Source of the DNA: an uncultured Spirochaetaceae bacterium
GTDB taxonomy: Bacteria; Spirochaetota; Spirochaetia; DSM-27196; SLST01
Length of the DNA: 64,000 bases
Direction of reading: 5' to 3'
Assembly (NCBI GenBank): GCA_964537725.1
Contig: CAZICD010000004.1
Span: 23,903-87,902 of the forward strand
Part shown: positions 44,472 to 53,808 of the stretch, in pieces
Layout: every line of letters begins with the position of its first letter
Position numbering within the stretch: position 1 is the stretch's first letter
Notes under the pieces: generated by a model
The model's database searches: none
What the model was told of the DNA's origin: nothing
What the model saw: the letters and a program-made list of their open reading frames with translations, nothing else
Translations under genes and position numbers: made by a program

Positions 44472-46063
44472 CGCTCGAAGGATCACAGATCATCGCCGGA
44501 CAGCTCCGTGCCGCGGGAGCCGACCGCGCACAGGCGGTGTCGCCGGCCACCGGAACCCCGCTGCCCACGAGTTTCGCGCAGGCGACCGCGGAGGAGGTCG
44601 ACGACGCGGTCAGAGCCGCCTTCGAGGCGTGGGGCGAGTACCGCCGCCTGACTCCTGCTCACCGCGCGCGATTCCTTCGTCGCATCGCCGATGAGATCGA
44701 GGCGCTCGGCGACGATCTGATCGAGCGCTGCCACCTCGAAACCGGCCTCACGGCCGGACGGCTCGAGGGCGAACGCGGTCGGACCTGCAATCAGCTGCGC
44801 CTGTTCGCCGACGTAATCGAAGAGGGCTCCTGGGTGGACGCGCGAATCACCACCGCGCTTCCCGACCGCAGCCCGGCGCCACGCCCCGACATCCGGCGCA
44901 TGCTCGTCTCGCTCGGGCCGGTCGTGGTCTTCGGCGCGAGTAACTTCCCCCTCGCGTTCTCGGTCGCGGGCGGCGACACGGCGAGCGCCCTCGCAGCCGG
45001 CTGTCCGGTCATCGTGAAGGCGCACAGCTCGCACCCGGGCACCTCCGAGCTCGTCGGACGGGCGATCGTCCACGCGGCGGAAGCGGAGCAGGTCCCGCCG
45101 GGCGTGTTCTCCATGCTGCACGGGCCGGGCAAGACCGTGGGGATCAGGCTCGTCGAGCACGAACACGTCACGGCGGTCGGCTTCACCGGTTCCTACACCG
45201 GTGGGAGGGCGCTCTTCGACGCGGCGGCGAGGCGCCCCAAGCCCATCCCGGTCTACGCCGAGATGGGGAGCATCAACCCGGTGTTCGTCCTGCCGGGCGC
45301 GGCGAGCGAGCGCGCCGAGCAGATCGCCGCGGGGCTCACCGGGTCGGTCACGCTGGGCGTGGGGCAGTTCTGCACGAATCCCGGACTCGTAGTCGGTCTC
45401 GAGGGAGAGGCGTTCGACGGCCTCGCGTCCGCCACCGGCCGTGAAGTATCTGGTGTCGAGGCGGGAACGATGCTGAACGAACGCATCCACCGCGCGTATG
45501 CCGAGGGCGTCTCGGCGCTTCGCGCGAACGTCGACGTCGAGCAGATCGCCGTCGGCAGGGAGTCAGATTCCGACACCCCGGCCGGACAGGCCGCGATCTT
45601 CCGGACGCGGGCGTCTTCGCTGCTGCGCGACCGCAGCCTCAGCGAGGAGGTCTTCGGCCCTTCGACGCTCTTCGTCGGTGCGGGCGACCGGGACGAGCTC
45701 CTGCGGGTGGCCCGCGAGCTCGTCGGGCACCTCACGTGCACGGTCCACGGAACGGAGCAGGACCTCGCCGACTACGCGGATCTGGTAGAGGTCCTGCAGC
45801 AGAAGGCGGGACGACTGATCTTCAACGGCTATCCGACCGGCGTAGAGGTCTGCCACGCGATGACGCACGGAGGGCCGTTTCCCGCGACGACGGACCCGCA
45901 CTTCACCTCGGTCGGAACGGCGGCGATGCTGCGCTTCGCGCGACCGGTGAGCTGGCAGGGGTTCCCCGAAGGCGCGCTCCCACCCGAGCTTCAGAACGCC
46001 AACCCGGCCGGCATCATGAGGCTGGTCGACGGCGAGCACACGCGCGAGCCGGTCGGCCGGTAG
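44468..46063 (+). CDS. Aldehyde dehydrogenase (NADP+), alpha-ketoglutarate semialdehyde (2,5-dioxovalerate) dehydrogenase-like
   Basis: ALDH catalytic Glu (YAEMGSINPVF) and Cys (GVGQFCTNPG) motifs in the ~530-aa KGSADH subfamily layout. ATGA overlap with the upstream FAH gene. Confidence 0.85.
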   Translation: MTLEGSQIIAGQLRAAGADRAQAVSPATGTPLPTSFAQATAEEVDDAVRAAFEAWGEYRRLTPAHRARFLRRIADEIEALGDDLIERCHLETGLTAGRLEGERGRTCNQLRLFADVIEEGSWVDARITTALPDRSPAPRPDIRRMLVSLGPVVVFGASNFPLAFSVAGGDTASALAAGCPVIVKAHSSHPGTSELVGRAIVHAAEAEQVPPGVFSMLHGPGKTVGIRLVEHEHVTAVGFTGSYTGGRALFDAAARRPKPIPVYAEMGSINPVFVLPGAASERAEQIAAGLTGSVTLGVGQFCTNPGLVVGLEGEAFDGLASATGREVSGVEAGTMLNERIHRAYAEGVSALRANVDVEQIAVGRESDSDTPAGQAAIFRTRASSLLRDRSLSEEVFGPSTLFVGAGDRDELLRVARELVGHLTCTVHGTEQDLADYADLVEVLQQKAGRLIFNGYPTGVEVCHAMTHGGPFPATTDPHFTSVGTAAMLRFARPVSWQGFPEGALPPELQNANPAGIMRLVDGEHTREPVGR

Positions 46064-46092
46064 CGGGCCCGGCGCCGGTAGCGGGCCCGGCG
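46057..46092. repeat. Exact 18-bp tandem duplication (ccggtagcgggcccggcg x2) spanning the ALDH stop codon
   Basis: Read directly: copies at 46057..46074 and 46075..46092. Each contains the palindrome CGGGCCCG. Confidence 0.9.
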
Positions 46093-46097
46093 CGCGC

Positions 46098-47087
46098 TCA
46101 GTCGACCTGTTCCTGCTCGGCTGGCGGCGCCGGGGGCCAGGGAACGACCGCGGAGGTGCGCTCCTGGTACTCGGTGTAGCGCGGGTAGCGATTGGCTGAG
46201 ATCGATTCGGTGAACCGGGTCGAGCCCACGAAGAGCGCGGTCAACAGCACGGCGCCCGCGCCGGTCCAGTGGATCAACCCGCCTGCGGCGACGGCCGCGA
46301 AGAGGTAGACAACCCACCACACGCCCAACTCGCCGAAGTAGTTCGGATGCCGACTGTAGTGGAAGAGCCCGTGCGTGAGGAAGCCCCGCTCGAGATCCTC
46401 CCGCAGGCCGATGGATGCATCGCCGGTTCCCACGGCGAACCATCCTGGCGGCTCGTCCGCGGCGAGCTCACCGTGCTTGATGTTCTGGAAAGTCCACTGC
46501 TGCTGGTCGGCGATCGTTTCGACGGCGAGCATCACCACGAAGGCGATCGCCGCGGCGGCCACGGTGATCGGAGCGAGCGCCACGTCGAGCGTGGCGAGCC
46601 GGTATACCGGCGCGGTGAAGAGCACGAAGAGCGACACCTGAAAGCCCGAAATGAAGAGCAGGTTGAACAACTGCCAGAGCACGGCGTTGCCGATGCGCTC
46701 GCGCAGGATCGGCCATCGATAGTCCTCCATCGTCGTGTACCCGCCCCGGCGTGCGAAGTTGTACGAGAGACGCAGACCCCACACCGTGACGAGGATGGCC
46801 GCGATCGTCGGCGCGAACGCGAGCGACGATCGCACCGCGTACACCCACGCGAACGCGATCGGGGCCGTGCTCCACAGCCGATCGACCCACGAGTAGTCGC
46901 CGGTGATCGCGCCGAGAAGGTACGAGCCGAGCGCGAAACCGGTCGCCAGGGTAACGACGACGAGCACGGGGTGCGCGCCGCCGAAGAACGTCGCGATGCC
47001 GGAGAACCCGGTGAGAACGGCGCCCACGCGCAGAGAGAGCAGCGCGATGAGCGGGTAGACCGAGACGAACACGAGCAGCTTCTTCAT
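46098..47087 (-). CDS. DUF1295 / steroid-5-alpha-reductase-like membrane protein
   Basis: Polytopic membrane protein with the C-terminal motif FLTHGLFHYSRHPNYFGELGVW, typical of the DUF1295/ICMT-like family. Start MKKLLVFV at 47087. Confidence 0.8.
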   Translation of the reverse strand: MKKLLVFVSVYPLIALLSLRVGAVLTGFSGIATFFGGAHPVLVVVTLATGFALGSYLLGAITGDYSWVDRLWSTAPIAFAWVYAVRSSLAFAPTIAAILVTVWGLRLSYNFARRGGYTTMEDYRWPILRERIGNAVLWQLFNLLFISGFQVSLFVLFTAPVYRLATLDVALAPITVAAAAIAFVVMLAVETIADQQQWTFQNIKHGELAADEPPGWFAVGTGDASIGLREDLERGFLTHGLFHYSRHPNYFGELGVWWVVYLFAAVAAGGLIHWTGAGAVLLTALFVGSTRFTESISANRYPRYTEYQERTSAVVPWPPAPPAEQEQVD

Positions 47088-47151
47088 GCCGGGTACTCTA
47101 ACATTGCGCGGGGCGAAGGGGTAGCCGTTTTCCACGCGCGTGCGCGGGCGG

Positions 47152-47907
47152 CTACTCGCCCTCCGGAACCGTGACCAGCGACATCGCGTCGCCTATCTTC
47201 GCCACGCACGCCCGCAGGGCGGGGACCGGGTTGTCGACGTCGCCCTCGTACTCGAGGATCGCCTCGCCGGTGAAGCCGGTCTCCTGCAACGCGCGATCGA
47301 GCGCGCCGAGGTCGAGGTTTCCAGTGCCGACGACCACGTCCTCGGGCACGCCCGCGCCGGAGAAGACGAAGTCCTTGAGGTGGAGGATGTGGAGACGGTC
47401 TGCGAACTCGCGGACCATCTCGACCGGGTCTTCACCGGCGTCCAGCGCCCACGCCGTATCCAGGCTGAGCCCGACTCTGCTGCCGGTGCGGGCGAACGCC
47501 CATCGCAGCGCCTGTCGCGAGCCCAGCCAGTGCCGCCCGCCGTGGTTGTGGATCCCGAGCAGCACACCGTGGCGCTCGGCGAGCTCGTCGGCGATCGCGA
47601 GCGCATCGCCGGCCCCGTCGATGGGGAAGTCCACGCTCATCCGCTCGAGTCCGGCCGCCTTCGCGCACGCGAACAGCCGCTCGGCGGCGGCCCGGTCGGT
47701 ATCGATCCGGTTCACGCCGACGCTGACGACCGGCACTCCGTTCTCACGGTACCGGGCGGCGAGCGAGCCGAAGGCCTCCGGATCGTCGAATCCGGTATGA
47801 ACCGCGCACAGCTCGATGCGACGAAGCCCGCAGTCGCGCACGGCGGCGGCGACCTCGTCGTTGTCGGCGAGCCCGCGCAGGCAGAAGCTCTGCAGTCCCA
47901 GTTCCAT
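47152..47907 (-). CDS. Sugar phosphate isomerase/epimerase (xylose-isomerase-like TIM barrel)
   Basis: AP_endonuc_2 family pattern: ELCAVH, LGIHNHG, LSLDTAW, LHLKD and ILEYE. Confidence 0.85.
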   Translation of the reverse strand: MELGLQSFCLRGLADNDEVAAAVRDCGLRRIELCAVHTGFDDPEAFGSLAARYRENGVPVVSVGVNRIDTDRAAAERLFACAKAAGLERMSVDFPIDGAGDALAIADELAERHGVLLGIHNHGGRHWLGSRQALRWAFARTGSRVGLSLDTAWALDAGEDPVEMVREFADRLHILHLKDFVFSGAGVPEDVVVGTGNLDLGALDRALQETGFTGEAILEYEGDVDNPVPALRACVAKIGDAMSLVTVPEGE

Positions 47908-47929
47908 TCGTACTCCTTTCCCGGCCGCG

Positions 47930-49915
47930 TCAGAGGAACGCGCTCGCTCCCCGGGCCTGATCCCGCCAGTCCAGCGTCAGGCTCTCGTCGTTGCAGCGAA
48001 CCTGAACCTGCAACGCCGGGAACTCCGCCGAGACGTAGGCGTTGTCGTAGCGCTTGTAGCCCTCTACCACCGGATACGGGCTGCCCTGCCGGTGCGAGGT
48101 GATGGGCATCTCCCACCCTCCTACGGTGAGCGGCCCGCTCCACCCGAAACCGATCGTGCCGTGGGGCAGCACGTCGATCTCGACCCGCTCGCGCCGCCCG
48201 CGACCGGCCGTACGGATGGGCGCTCCCGCGACTCGGTCGCAGAACTCGTCGAACGAGCCGTGCGTCGTACGTCGCCCGCACACGCAGATCCAGATGTTCG
48301 ACCTGCCGTCGGCGACGAGCTCCGCCGGGCCGTTCCACTCGTACGGTAGCTGAGACCATAGTGCGACGAATCCCTCGTCACGCCGGGCGAGCACCCAACC
48401 GTCCCGCTCGCGCACCTCGTGGAACTCCTCCCGGGGAAACCACGCGTGCGTCGAGAGCTCGCGGTCGCGCGGATACAGCCCCGGCGACGTATCGATGCGG
48501 TAGTGACAAATGACGACGTTCTTGTACGCCACCGCGCGCGGCAGCGTCCCCGACCCGGTCCAGTAGTTCGGTGTCCCCGCCTCACCGTCTCGCTCTCGAT
48601 TCGCCGGATGCGTGGTGAACACGACCGCCTTCGGGCCGAGCGTTGCCTGCCAGATGTGCTGCTGATCGCCTCCGAAGCCCGCGCGGTAGTCCTGCGCGCA
48701 ACTCACCATGTAGTCCGGCGTGCGGTAGGTGTACGTGTTCACCTCTTCGCGCGTGTTCCGCGTCAGATCGCGCTCGAACGCGCGCACGAGCGGTCGAATC
48801 AGCCCGAGGCGGCGCGCAAGCCCGATGAGCCGGCGACGACGACGAAACGGTGCGAAGAAGCCGTTCTCCCACCAGCCGAACTCGTCGAACATGCGCAGCG
48901 TCAGGCCGGCCGTCCGTTCGTGCAGGTACGCCTCCAGACTGAGGAAGACCATCCCGTCCTCGAGCGATCGGAATCCGAGACCCCACGCTTCCGCATCGTC
49001 GATTCGGATGCCCATGCGCTGACGGTTCTCGAGCTCGGGACGGTCGAGATCCGCCGCGATCTGCGCGAGCACCGCGGGAACCGCGTAGCGCGTGCTGACC
49101 GCGAGGAGCGTGGCGCTCATATTGCCGACGTGGAATCGGTTCGTCCCGCCGACGAGCCGAAGCACCGACCCGGTGGACTCCTGCCCGCCGTCGGTCTTGT
49201 GCCGCTCGTAGCTGCGTCCGTGGGTCGAACCGAAGGTCCCTCGAAACTGATTCAGCACGATGTCGAGGAGAATCACGTCCAGCACCATCGCCGCCCTGCG
49301 TCCGAGCTTCGGGTCGTGCGCGAACTCGGCGAGGTTGAGCAGCGGGGGCATGTCCTCGTCGTAGTAGACGTTGCTCAGCCACTCGCTGAACCCGGAACGG
49401 AACCGCAGATCGAGCCAGCGCTCGATCCGCGGGCGGAACCTGTTCATCTGCTCCCGCCCGGTTCGGCCCGTATTGGTGAACACCTCATCCGGGTAGAGTT
49501 GCCCGGCGAGGTACGCCCCGGCGGCGAACATGATCTGGTGGTTCTCGGTCCAGGTGCACATGCTGTCAACGCCGGGCTCGTCGGGCCAGTACTTGAACCC
49601 GAGGACGGCGGTGCGCAGCGCTTCCCGCGTCTCGTCGCCCAACAGGTCCGCGCCGCGGTCTTCGGGCTCGGGAAATCGGTGCAGGATGGCCAGGATCCCG
49701 TGGAGGAGGAAATCGGCGCAATCGACGCGGGCCTCGAGCTTCTCCGCGGCGCCGAGAAGGAGCTCGGGATCGGGTGATTCGCCCTCGATGAGGCGGACGA
49801 GCTCGGTGAACGGGCCGGTCCCCGGAGAGGCCAGCGTCATGCGACGGTAGTCGGCACGGCGCTGCGCGTAGGTGGAGTCAGGGATGTGTTCGCAGTAGTC
49901 GGTTACGTTGGACAT
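47930..49915 (-). CDS. Large cytoplasmic hypothetical protein (661 aa), possibly an alpha/alpha-toroid plus beta-sandwich carbohydrate-active enzyme
   Basis: Long ORF with strong coding bias and an ATG at 49915. No signal peptide and no motif I can assign. Only 22 nt separate it from the downstream TIM-barrel isomerase gene. Confidence 0.6.
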   Translation of the reverse strand: MSNVTDYCEHIPDSTYAQRRADYRRMTLASPGTGPFTELVRLIEGESPDPELLLGAAEKLEARVDCADFLLHGILAILHRFPEPEDRGADLLGDETREALRTAVLGFKYWPDEPGVDSMCTWTENHQIMFAAGAYLAGQLYPDEVFTNTGRTGREQMNRFRPRIERWLDLRFRSGFSEWLSNVYYDEDMPPLLNLAEFAHDPKLGRRAAMVLDVILLDIVLNQFRGTFGSTHGRSYERHKTDGGQESTGSVLRLVGGTNRFHVGNMSATLLAVSTRYAVPAVLAQIAADLDRPELENRQRMGIRIDDAEAWGLGFRSLEDGMVFLSLEAYLHERTAGLTLRMFDEFGWWENGFFAPFRRRRRLIGLARRLGLIRPLVRAFERDLTRNTREEVNTYTYRTPDYMVSCAQDYRAGFGGDQQHIWQATLGPKAVVFTTHPANRERDGEAGTPNYWTGSGTLPRAVAYKNVVICHYRIDTSPGLYPRDRELSTHAWFPREEFHEVRERDGWVLARRDEGFVALWSQLPYEWNGPAELVADGRSNIWICVCGRRTTHGSFDEFCDRVAGAPIRTAGRGRRERVEIDVLPHGTIGFGWSGPLTVGGWEMPITSHRQGSPYPVVEGYKRYDNAYVSAEFPALQVQVRCNDESLTLDWRDQARGASAFL

Positions 49916-50034
49916 TGATCGCTCTGGAAGTTTCAGGCGGGATCATACCAGATCGCGAACGCTGGTGTCACCTCCCGAGCCGAGTGCATCCTCACGTGCG
50001 TTTGCCCTGCGTGACCCGGCCGGCGTTCTTCGAT

Positions 50035-50721
50035 ATGCTCTGCGACGGAGGGCTCGTGAGACACACCAGAGTGCCGAAGCTTCGCGAGAGTCTGCGCGGT
50101 CGTGCGACCGAGCTCGTCGCGGCGGGCATCACAGCCGCGGGCAAGTTCGTTCTCGCCGACTGGCTCGGGCTCGAGCTGGAGTACACCATCGGGGCCATCG
50201 CGTTCTGGGTTGCCTACGTCGTCCTCCGGCACAAGGCGAACCGGACCATCCTCCAGCGGTGGGGTTTCCGGAGGGCCGGCATCGACGAGGCGTCCATCCT
50301 CAGCGCGATCGCACTGGCCGTCGGCGGAGGATTCTGCGTCGTCTACGCCGTTCTCGCCGGCGGGGCGGTCGTCAACGGAAACCTCGCGCTCATCATGCTA
50401 CTCTACCCCGCTTGGGGGCTCGTGCAGCAGTTCCTGCTCGTCGCTCTGCTCGCGGACAACCTGATGGCGCTCACCCGCGAGCGGACGCCGGAGTTCGTCA
50501 TCGTGATGATTTCCGCGCTGGTGTTCAGCGCGATCCACTTCCCCGAAACCGATCTGATGATCGCCACCTTCTTCCTTGGCGCGGTCACGACGCTCATCTT
50601 CTTCCGCACCCGCAACCTCTGGGCGATCGGGGTGCTGCACGGATGGTTCGCCTCGCTGTTCTACTTCCTCGTGATGGGCCACGATCCGCTCGCGCCGCTG
50701 CTCACGACGGCCTTCGGGTGA
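50035..50721 (+). CDS. CPBP family intramembrane glutamic endopeptidase (CAAX protease/Abi-like)
   Basis: Motifs SALVFSAIHF and LWAIGVLHGWFASLFYF in a polytopic membrane protein. Start uncertain (49915 or 50035); the canonical EExxxR motif was not confidently located. Confidence 0.65.
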   Translation: MLCDGGLVRHTRVPKLRESLRGRATELVAAGITAAGKFVLADWLGLELEYTIGAIAFWVAYVVLRHKANRTILQRWGFRRAGIDEASILSAIALAVGGGFCVVYAVLAGGAVVNGNLALIMLLYPAWGLVQQFLLVALLADNLMALTRERTPEFVIVMISALVFSAIHFPETDLMIATFFLGAVTTLIFFRTRNLWAIGVLHGWFASLFYFLVMGHDPLAPLLTTAFG

Positions 50722-50777
50722 ATCGGCCTTGTTCAACCGCCCTGCCGACAGTACCCTAGGAACGGGACCCTCGCGCT

Positions 50778-52067
50778 ATGAGTGAACTACCCGTCGACGA
50801 CGACTGGCTGCGCCTGGATAACGCGGCAAAGATCTACCCACCCGCCGAAAGCGATGCGACACCCGCGGTGTTCCGCACCTCGGTGACGCTTCGCGAGCCG
50901 CTGCGCATCGCGGAGCTGCAGGAGGCGCTCGACCGGCTCATCGCCCGGGTACCCTACTACCAGGTCCACCTCAAGCGTGGCTTCTTCTGGTACTACCTGC
51001 AACGCCACGGCCGAGAGCCCCGGATCGAACCGCTTCCGGAGCAGCCGCTGACGCAAATCTCGCTGCACCGCGCCGACGAGCAACTCCTGCACGTCTACGC
51101 GCGTGAAGCGACGGTGGCGGTGGACTTCTCGCACGTCCTCACCGACGGGTACGGGGCGATGAGGTTCCTCGGGTCGCTCATCGTCGAGTATCTCCGCCTG
51201 ACCGGCGCGGACATCCCGCGCGGCTCGCTTCTCATGGACCCGCGCGAGCCGGTACCGCAGGAAGAGTATCAGGACGCGTTTCAGGAGCTCTACCGGCCGG
51301 GCGTTCCCAAGGCGCCGGACCTCGAGCCCGCGTACCACGTAGGGGGGATGCCGTTCGTCCGAGGCTACCGGACGGTAACCGGCCGCATGCCCGTCGCGGA
51401 CGCCCTTGCAACCGCGAAGCGGTACGGGGCGACGCTCACCGAATATATCGTCTCGGTGTACATGGACGCGATCAAGTCCGTCCACGAGCACCAGGCCGAA
51501 GGGCTGTTCAAGCCGCGGTCGAAGATCATTCGTATCGAGGTGCCCGTGAATATGCGACGTCTCTACCCGTCGCAGACCATGCGCAACTTCTCGCTCTTCG
51601 TCTCCCCGGAGATCGACCTGCGACTCGGAGACTGGGAGTTCGAGAGCATCATTCGTCGCGTTCACCACGAGATGAACATCCAGCTCGAGCCGAACGAGCT
51701 CGCGCGGCAGATCGCGCGCAACGTCGGCGGCGAGCGGAACCGGTTGGTCCGCGTCGTCCCGCGCGTGCTGAAGGACGCGTACCTGGGCTATCTCCACCGG
51801 ACGATCGGCGACCGCAGCTACTCCGGGGTCGTCTCGAATCTGGGACGGTTCATTCTGCCCGACGAGGCGCGGCCGTTCGTGAAGTCGGTCGGGTTCGTGC
51901 TGGGCCCCAACACATCGTACAAGACCTGCTGCGCGGTCGTGAGCTACGCCGACGAGCTCTACGTGACGTTCGGCAGCGTGATCCAGAACCGGGCGGTCGA
52001 GCGCGGGTTCTTCCGAACGCTCGTCCGCGAAGGTCTGAACGTCATCGTAACGGAGCAACAATCATGA
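50778..52067 (+). CDS. HxxxD(G)-motif acyltransferase (condensation-domain / alcohol-acetyltransferase-like fold)
   Basis: FSHVLTDGYGAMRFL matches the HxxxDG catalytic motif of the CAT/condensation/WS-DGAT/PapA5 superfamily. The ~430-aa size fits the two-lobed fold. Confidence 0.6.
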   Translation: MSELPVDDDWLRLDNAAKIYPPAESDATPAVFRTSVTLREPLRIAELQEALDRLIARVPYYQVHLKRGFFWYYLQRHGREPRIEPLPEQPLTQISLHRADEQLLHVYAREATVAVDFSHVLTDGYGAMRFLGSLIVEYLRLTGADIPRGSLLMDPREPVPQEEYQDAFQELYRPGVPKAPDLEPAYHVGGMPFVRGYRTVTGRMPVADALATAKRYGATLTEYIVSVYMDAIKSVHEHQAEGLFKPRSKIIRIEVPVNMRRLYPSQTMRNFSLFVSPEIDLRLGDWEFESIIRRVHHEMNIQLEPNELARQIARNVGGERNRLVRVVPRVLKDAYLGYLHRTIGDRSYSGVVSNLGRFILPDEARPFVKSVGFVLGPNTSYKTCCAVVSYADELYVTFGSVIQNRAVERGFFRTLVREGLNVIVTEQQS

Positions 52068-52795
52068 CCAAGTGCAGGAACTGCGGCGTGATGATCGAAG
52101 ACGGTCTCGAGGAGTGCCCGCTCTGCGGCGAGCCGGTTACCGAGGAAGCCCGGCGCCAGAAGGAGACGCAGCAGGAGCAGGGCAACGCGCTGAGGCCGGG
52201 AGCGAGCGTGGAGCCCGAGGACGAGAACACCGTCCGCAGCGCGAAGATCTGGCTCTTCGAAATGGTCTCGCTCGTCGCGTTCACCGCGGGCATCGTGATC
52301 TTCGCCGCCGATTTCGCGTCCGACTTCACGCTCTCGTGGTCGCTCTACCCGCTGCTCGCGATCGGCTTCGTCTACCTCGTCGTCGCGGCGCTCATCGGAT
52401 TCGTCCGTACCCCGGTGGTGCTGCTTTCGGTCGAAACCGCCATCGTCGCAGGATTCCTCCTGCTGCTCTTTCTGCTGATCGGTGAGCAGGCGTGGTTCCT
52501 CGAGCTGGGTCTGCCCATCACGCTCCTCGTCGCCGTCGTGACCGGCGTCGTTGCGCTCGTCGTATCGCGGCTGCGGCTGAACGCGCTCCAGGGCGTCGCC
52601 GTCGGACTGCTGGGCGCGGGCTTTCTCGTCGTGGGCATCGAGTTCGTGATCAACCGCGCGCTCCGGGACGAGCTGGTGGTGAGCTGGTCGCTCATCGCGT
52701 TCGCGTGCACCCTCTCGCTCTTCTTCCTGATCCTCTTCATCAATAAACGCCTGCGCGAGCGTCACGCGGAGTTCAGGAAGATCTTCCACATCTGA
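52064..52795 (+). CDS. Zinc-ribbon membrane protein (N-terminal CxxC..CxxC, ~6 TM)
   Basis: MTKCRNCGVMIEDGLEECPLCGEPV zinc ribbon followed by hydrophobic helices. ATGA overlap with the acyltransferase gene. Confidence 0.7.
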   Translation: MTKCRNCGVMIEDGLEECPLCGEPVTEEARRQKETQQEQGNALRPGASVEPEDENTVRSAKIWLFEMVSLVAFTAGIVIFAADFASDFTLSWSLYPLLAIGFVYLVVAALIGFVRTPVVLLSVETAIVAGFLLLLFLLIGEQAWFLELGLPITLLVAVVTGVVALVVSRLRLNALQGVAVGLLGAGFLVVGIEFVINRALRDELVVSWSLIAFACTLSLFFLILFINKRLRERHAEFRKIFHI

Positions 52796-52816
52796 GTGCC
52801 GGGGCCGATCGGCGCT

Positions 52817-53728
52817 CTACCCGCCGCGTCGTCTCCATTCCGACGGGGAGACCCCGGCGTACTCCTTGAAGACGCGGGAGAGGTGGTACTGGTCGGTGAA
52901 GCCGAGAGCTTCGGCGATCGCCTTGATCGGCAACGCCGAATGCGCGAGCTCGCGCTTGACCGCGTTGACCTTGAGCGCCATGTAGTACCGGTACGGTGAC
53001 GATCCGGTACGCGCCCGGAAGGAGCGTCGGAGCGTCGATTCGCTGACGCCGCATTCGCCGGCGAGCGCGGTCAGATCGAGCCGGCCCGCGATCGAGGCTC
53101 GCATCCGGCGGATGGCGTGCTCCACCGCCGCGTCTGGAGCCGGGCGTCCGCCGTCGGCATCGCCCCGCGCGAGCAGCGCGACGAGTTTCAGGACCTCGGC
53201 GGCCATCTCCACGTGCGCGACCGTATCGTGAATGGAGGCGAGCTCGATCAGCCGCTCGTAGAGCGCGACGATCTCGTCGTCACCGCCCGGCCTGATCACC
53301 GGTCCCTTCGCGTCGATTCGAAGCAGCGACATCGCGCGGTCGGCCAGCTCGCCGCGAACGCCGACCCAGTACTCGCGCCAGCCGGTCTCGCGAAGCGGGT
53401 GGTAGCGGTGCCAACGCCCCTGCACCAGAACCAGACAGGAACCCGCGGTCACCCGGCGCGCAACCCCCGACGCGTCCTCGAACACGCCGGTGCCCTCGGC
53501 GACGAAGACGACCTGCAGCTCGTCGAGCACCCGCCCCTCGGAGCTGACCGCCCGGTAGCGGTGCGGGTGGCGCATGCCGTCGGGAGGATAGTCGCGCCCG
53601 GGAAGCGTCCTCGCTTCGCCGACGGTCACGCACCACGTACCGAACGCGCGCACCGCGCCGGGTGGCGTGAGGTAGTGGATGCGGTTGCCGCTGACGGAGG
53701 GAGGACCGTGCCGGGCCGTGCCGATCAT
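52817..53728 (-). CDS. AraC family transcriptional regulator (RhaS/RhaR-like, cupin sensor + HTH)
   Basis: C-terminal AraC HTH (LAGECGVSESTLRRSFRARTGSSPYRYYMALKVNAVKREL ... LSRVFKEYAGVSPSEWRRR). Divergent from rhaA. Confidence 0.85.
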   Translation of the reverse strand: MIGTARHGPPSVSGNRIHYLTPPGAVRAFGTWCVTVGEARTLPGRDYPPDGMRHPHRYRAVSSEGRVLDELQVVFVAEGTGVFEDASGVARRVTAGSCLVLVQGRWHRYHPLRETGWREYWVGVRGELADRAMSLLRIDAKGPVIRPGGDDEIVALYERLIELASIHDTVAHVEMAAEVLKLVALLARGDADGGRPAPDAAVEHAIRRMRASIAGRLDLTALAGECGVSESTLRRSFRARTGSSPYRYYMALKVNAVKRELAHSALPIKAIAEALGFTDQYHLSRVFKEYAGVSPSEWRRRGG

Positions 53729-53808
53729 GACCGAAATCTACATCCCCCGGATCGATCTGTCTATTCACAGCCGGCGCCATCCGGGTGAGAATGAACGCCG
53801 GAGGCTGC

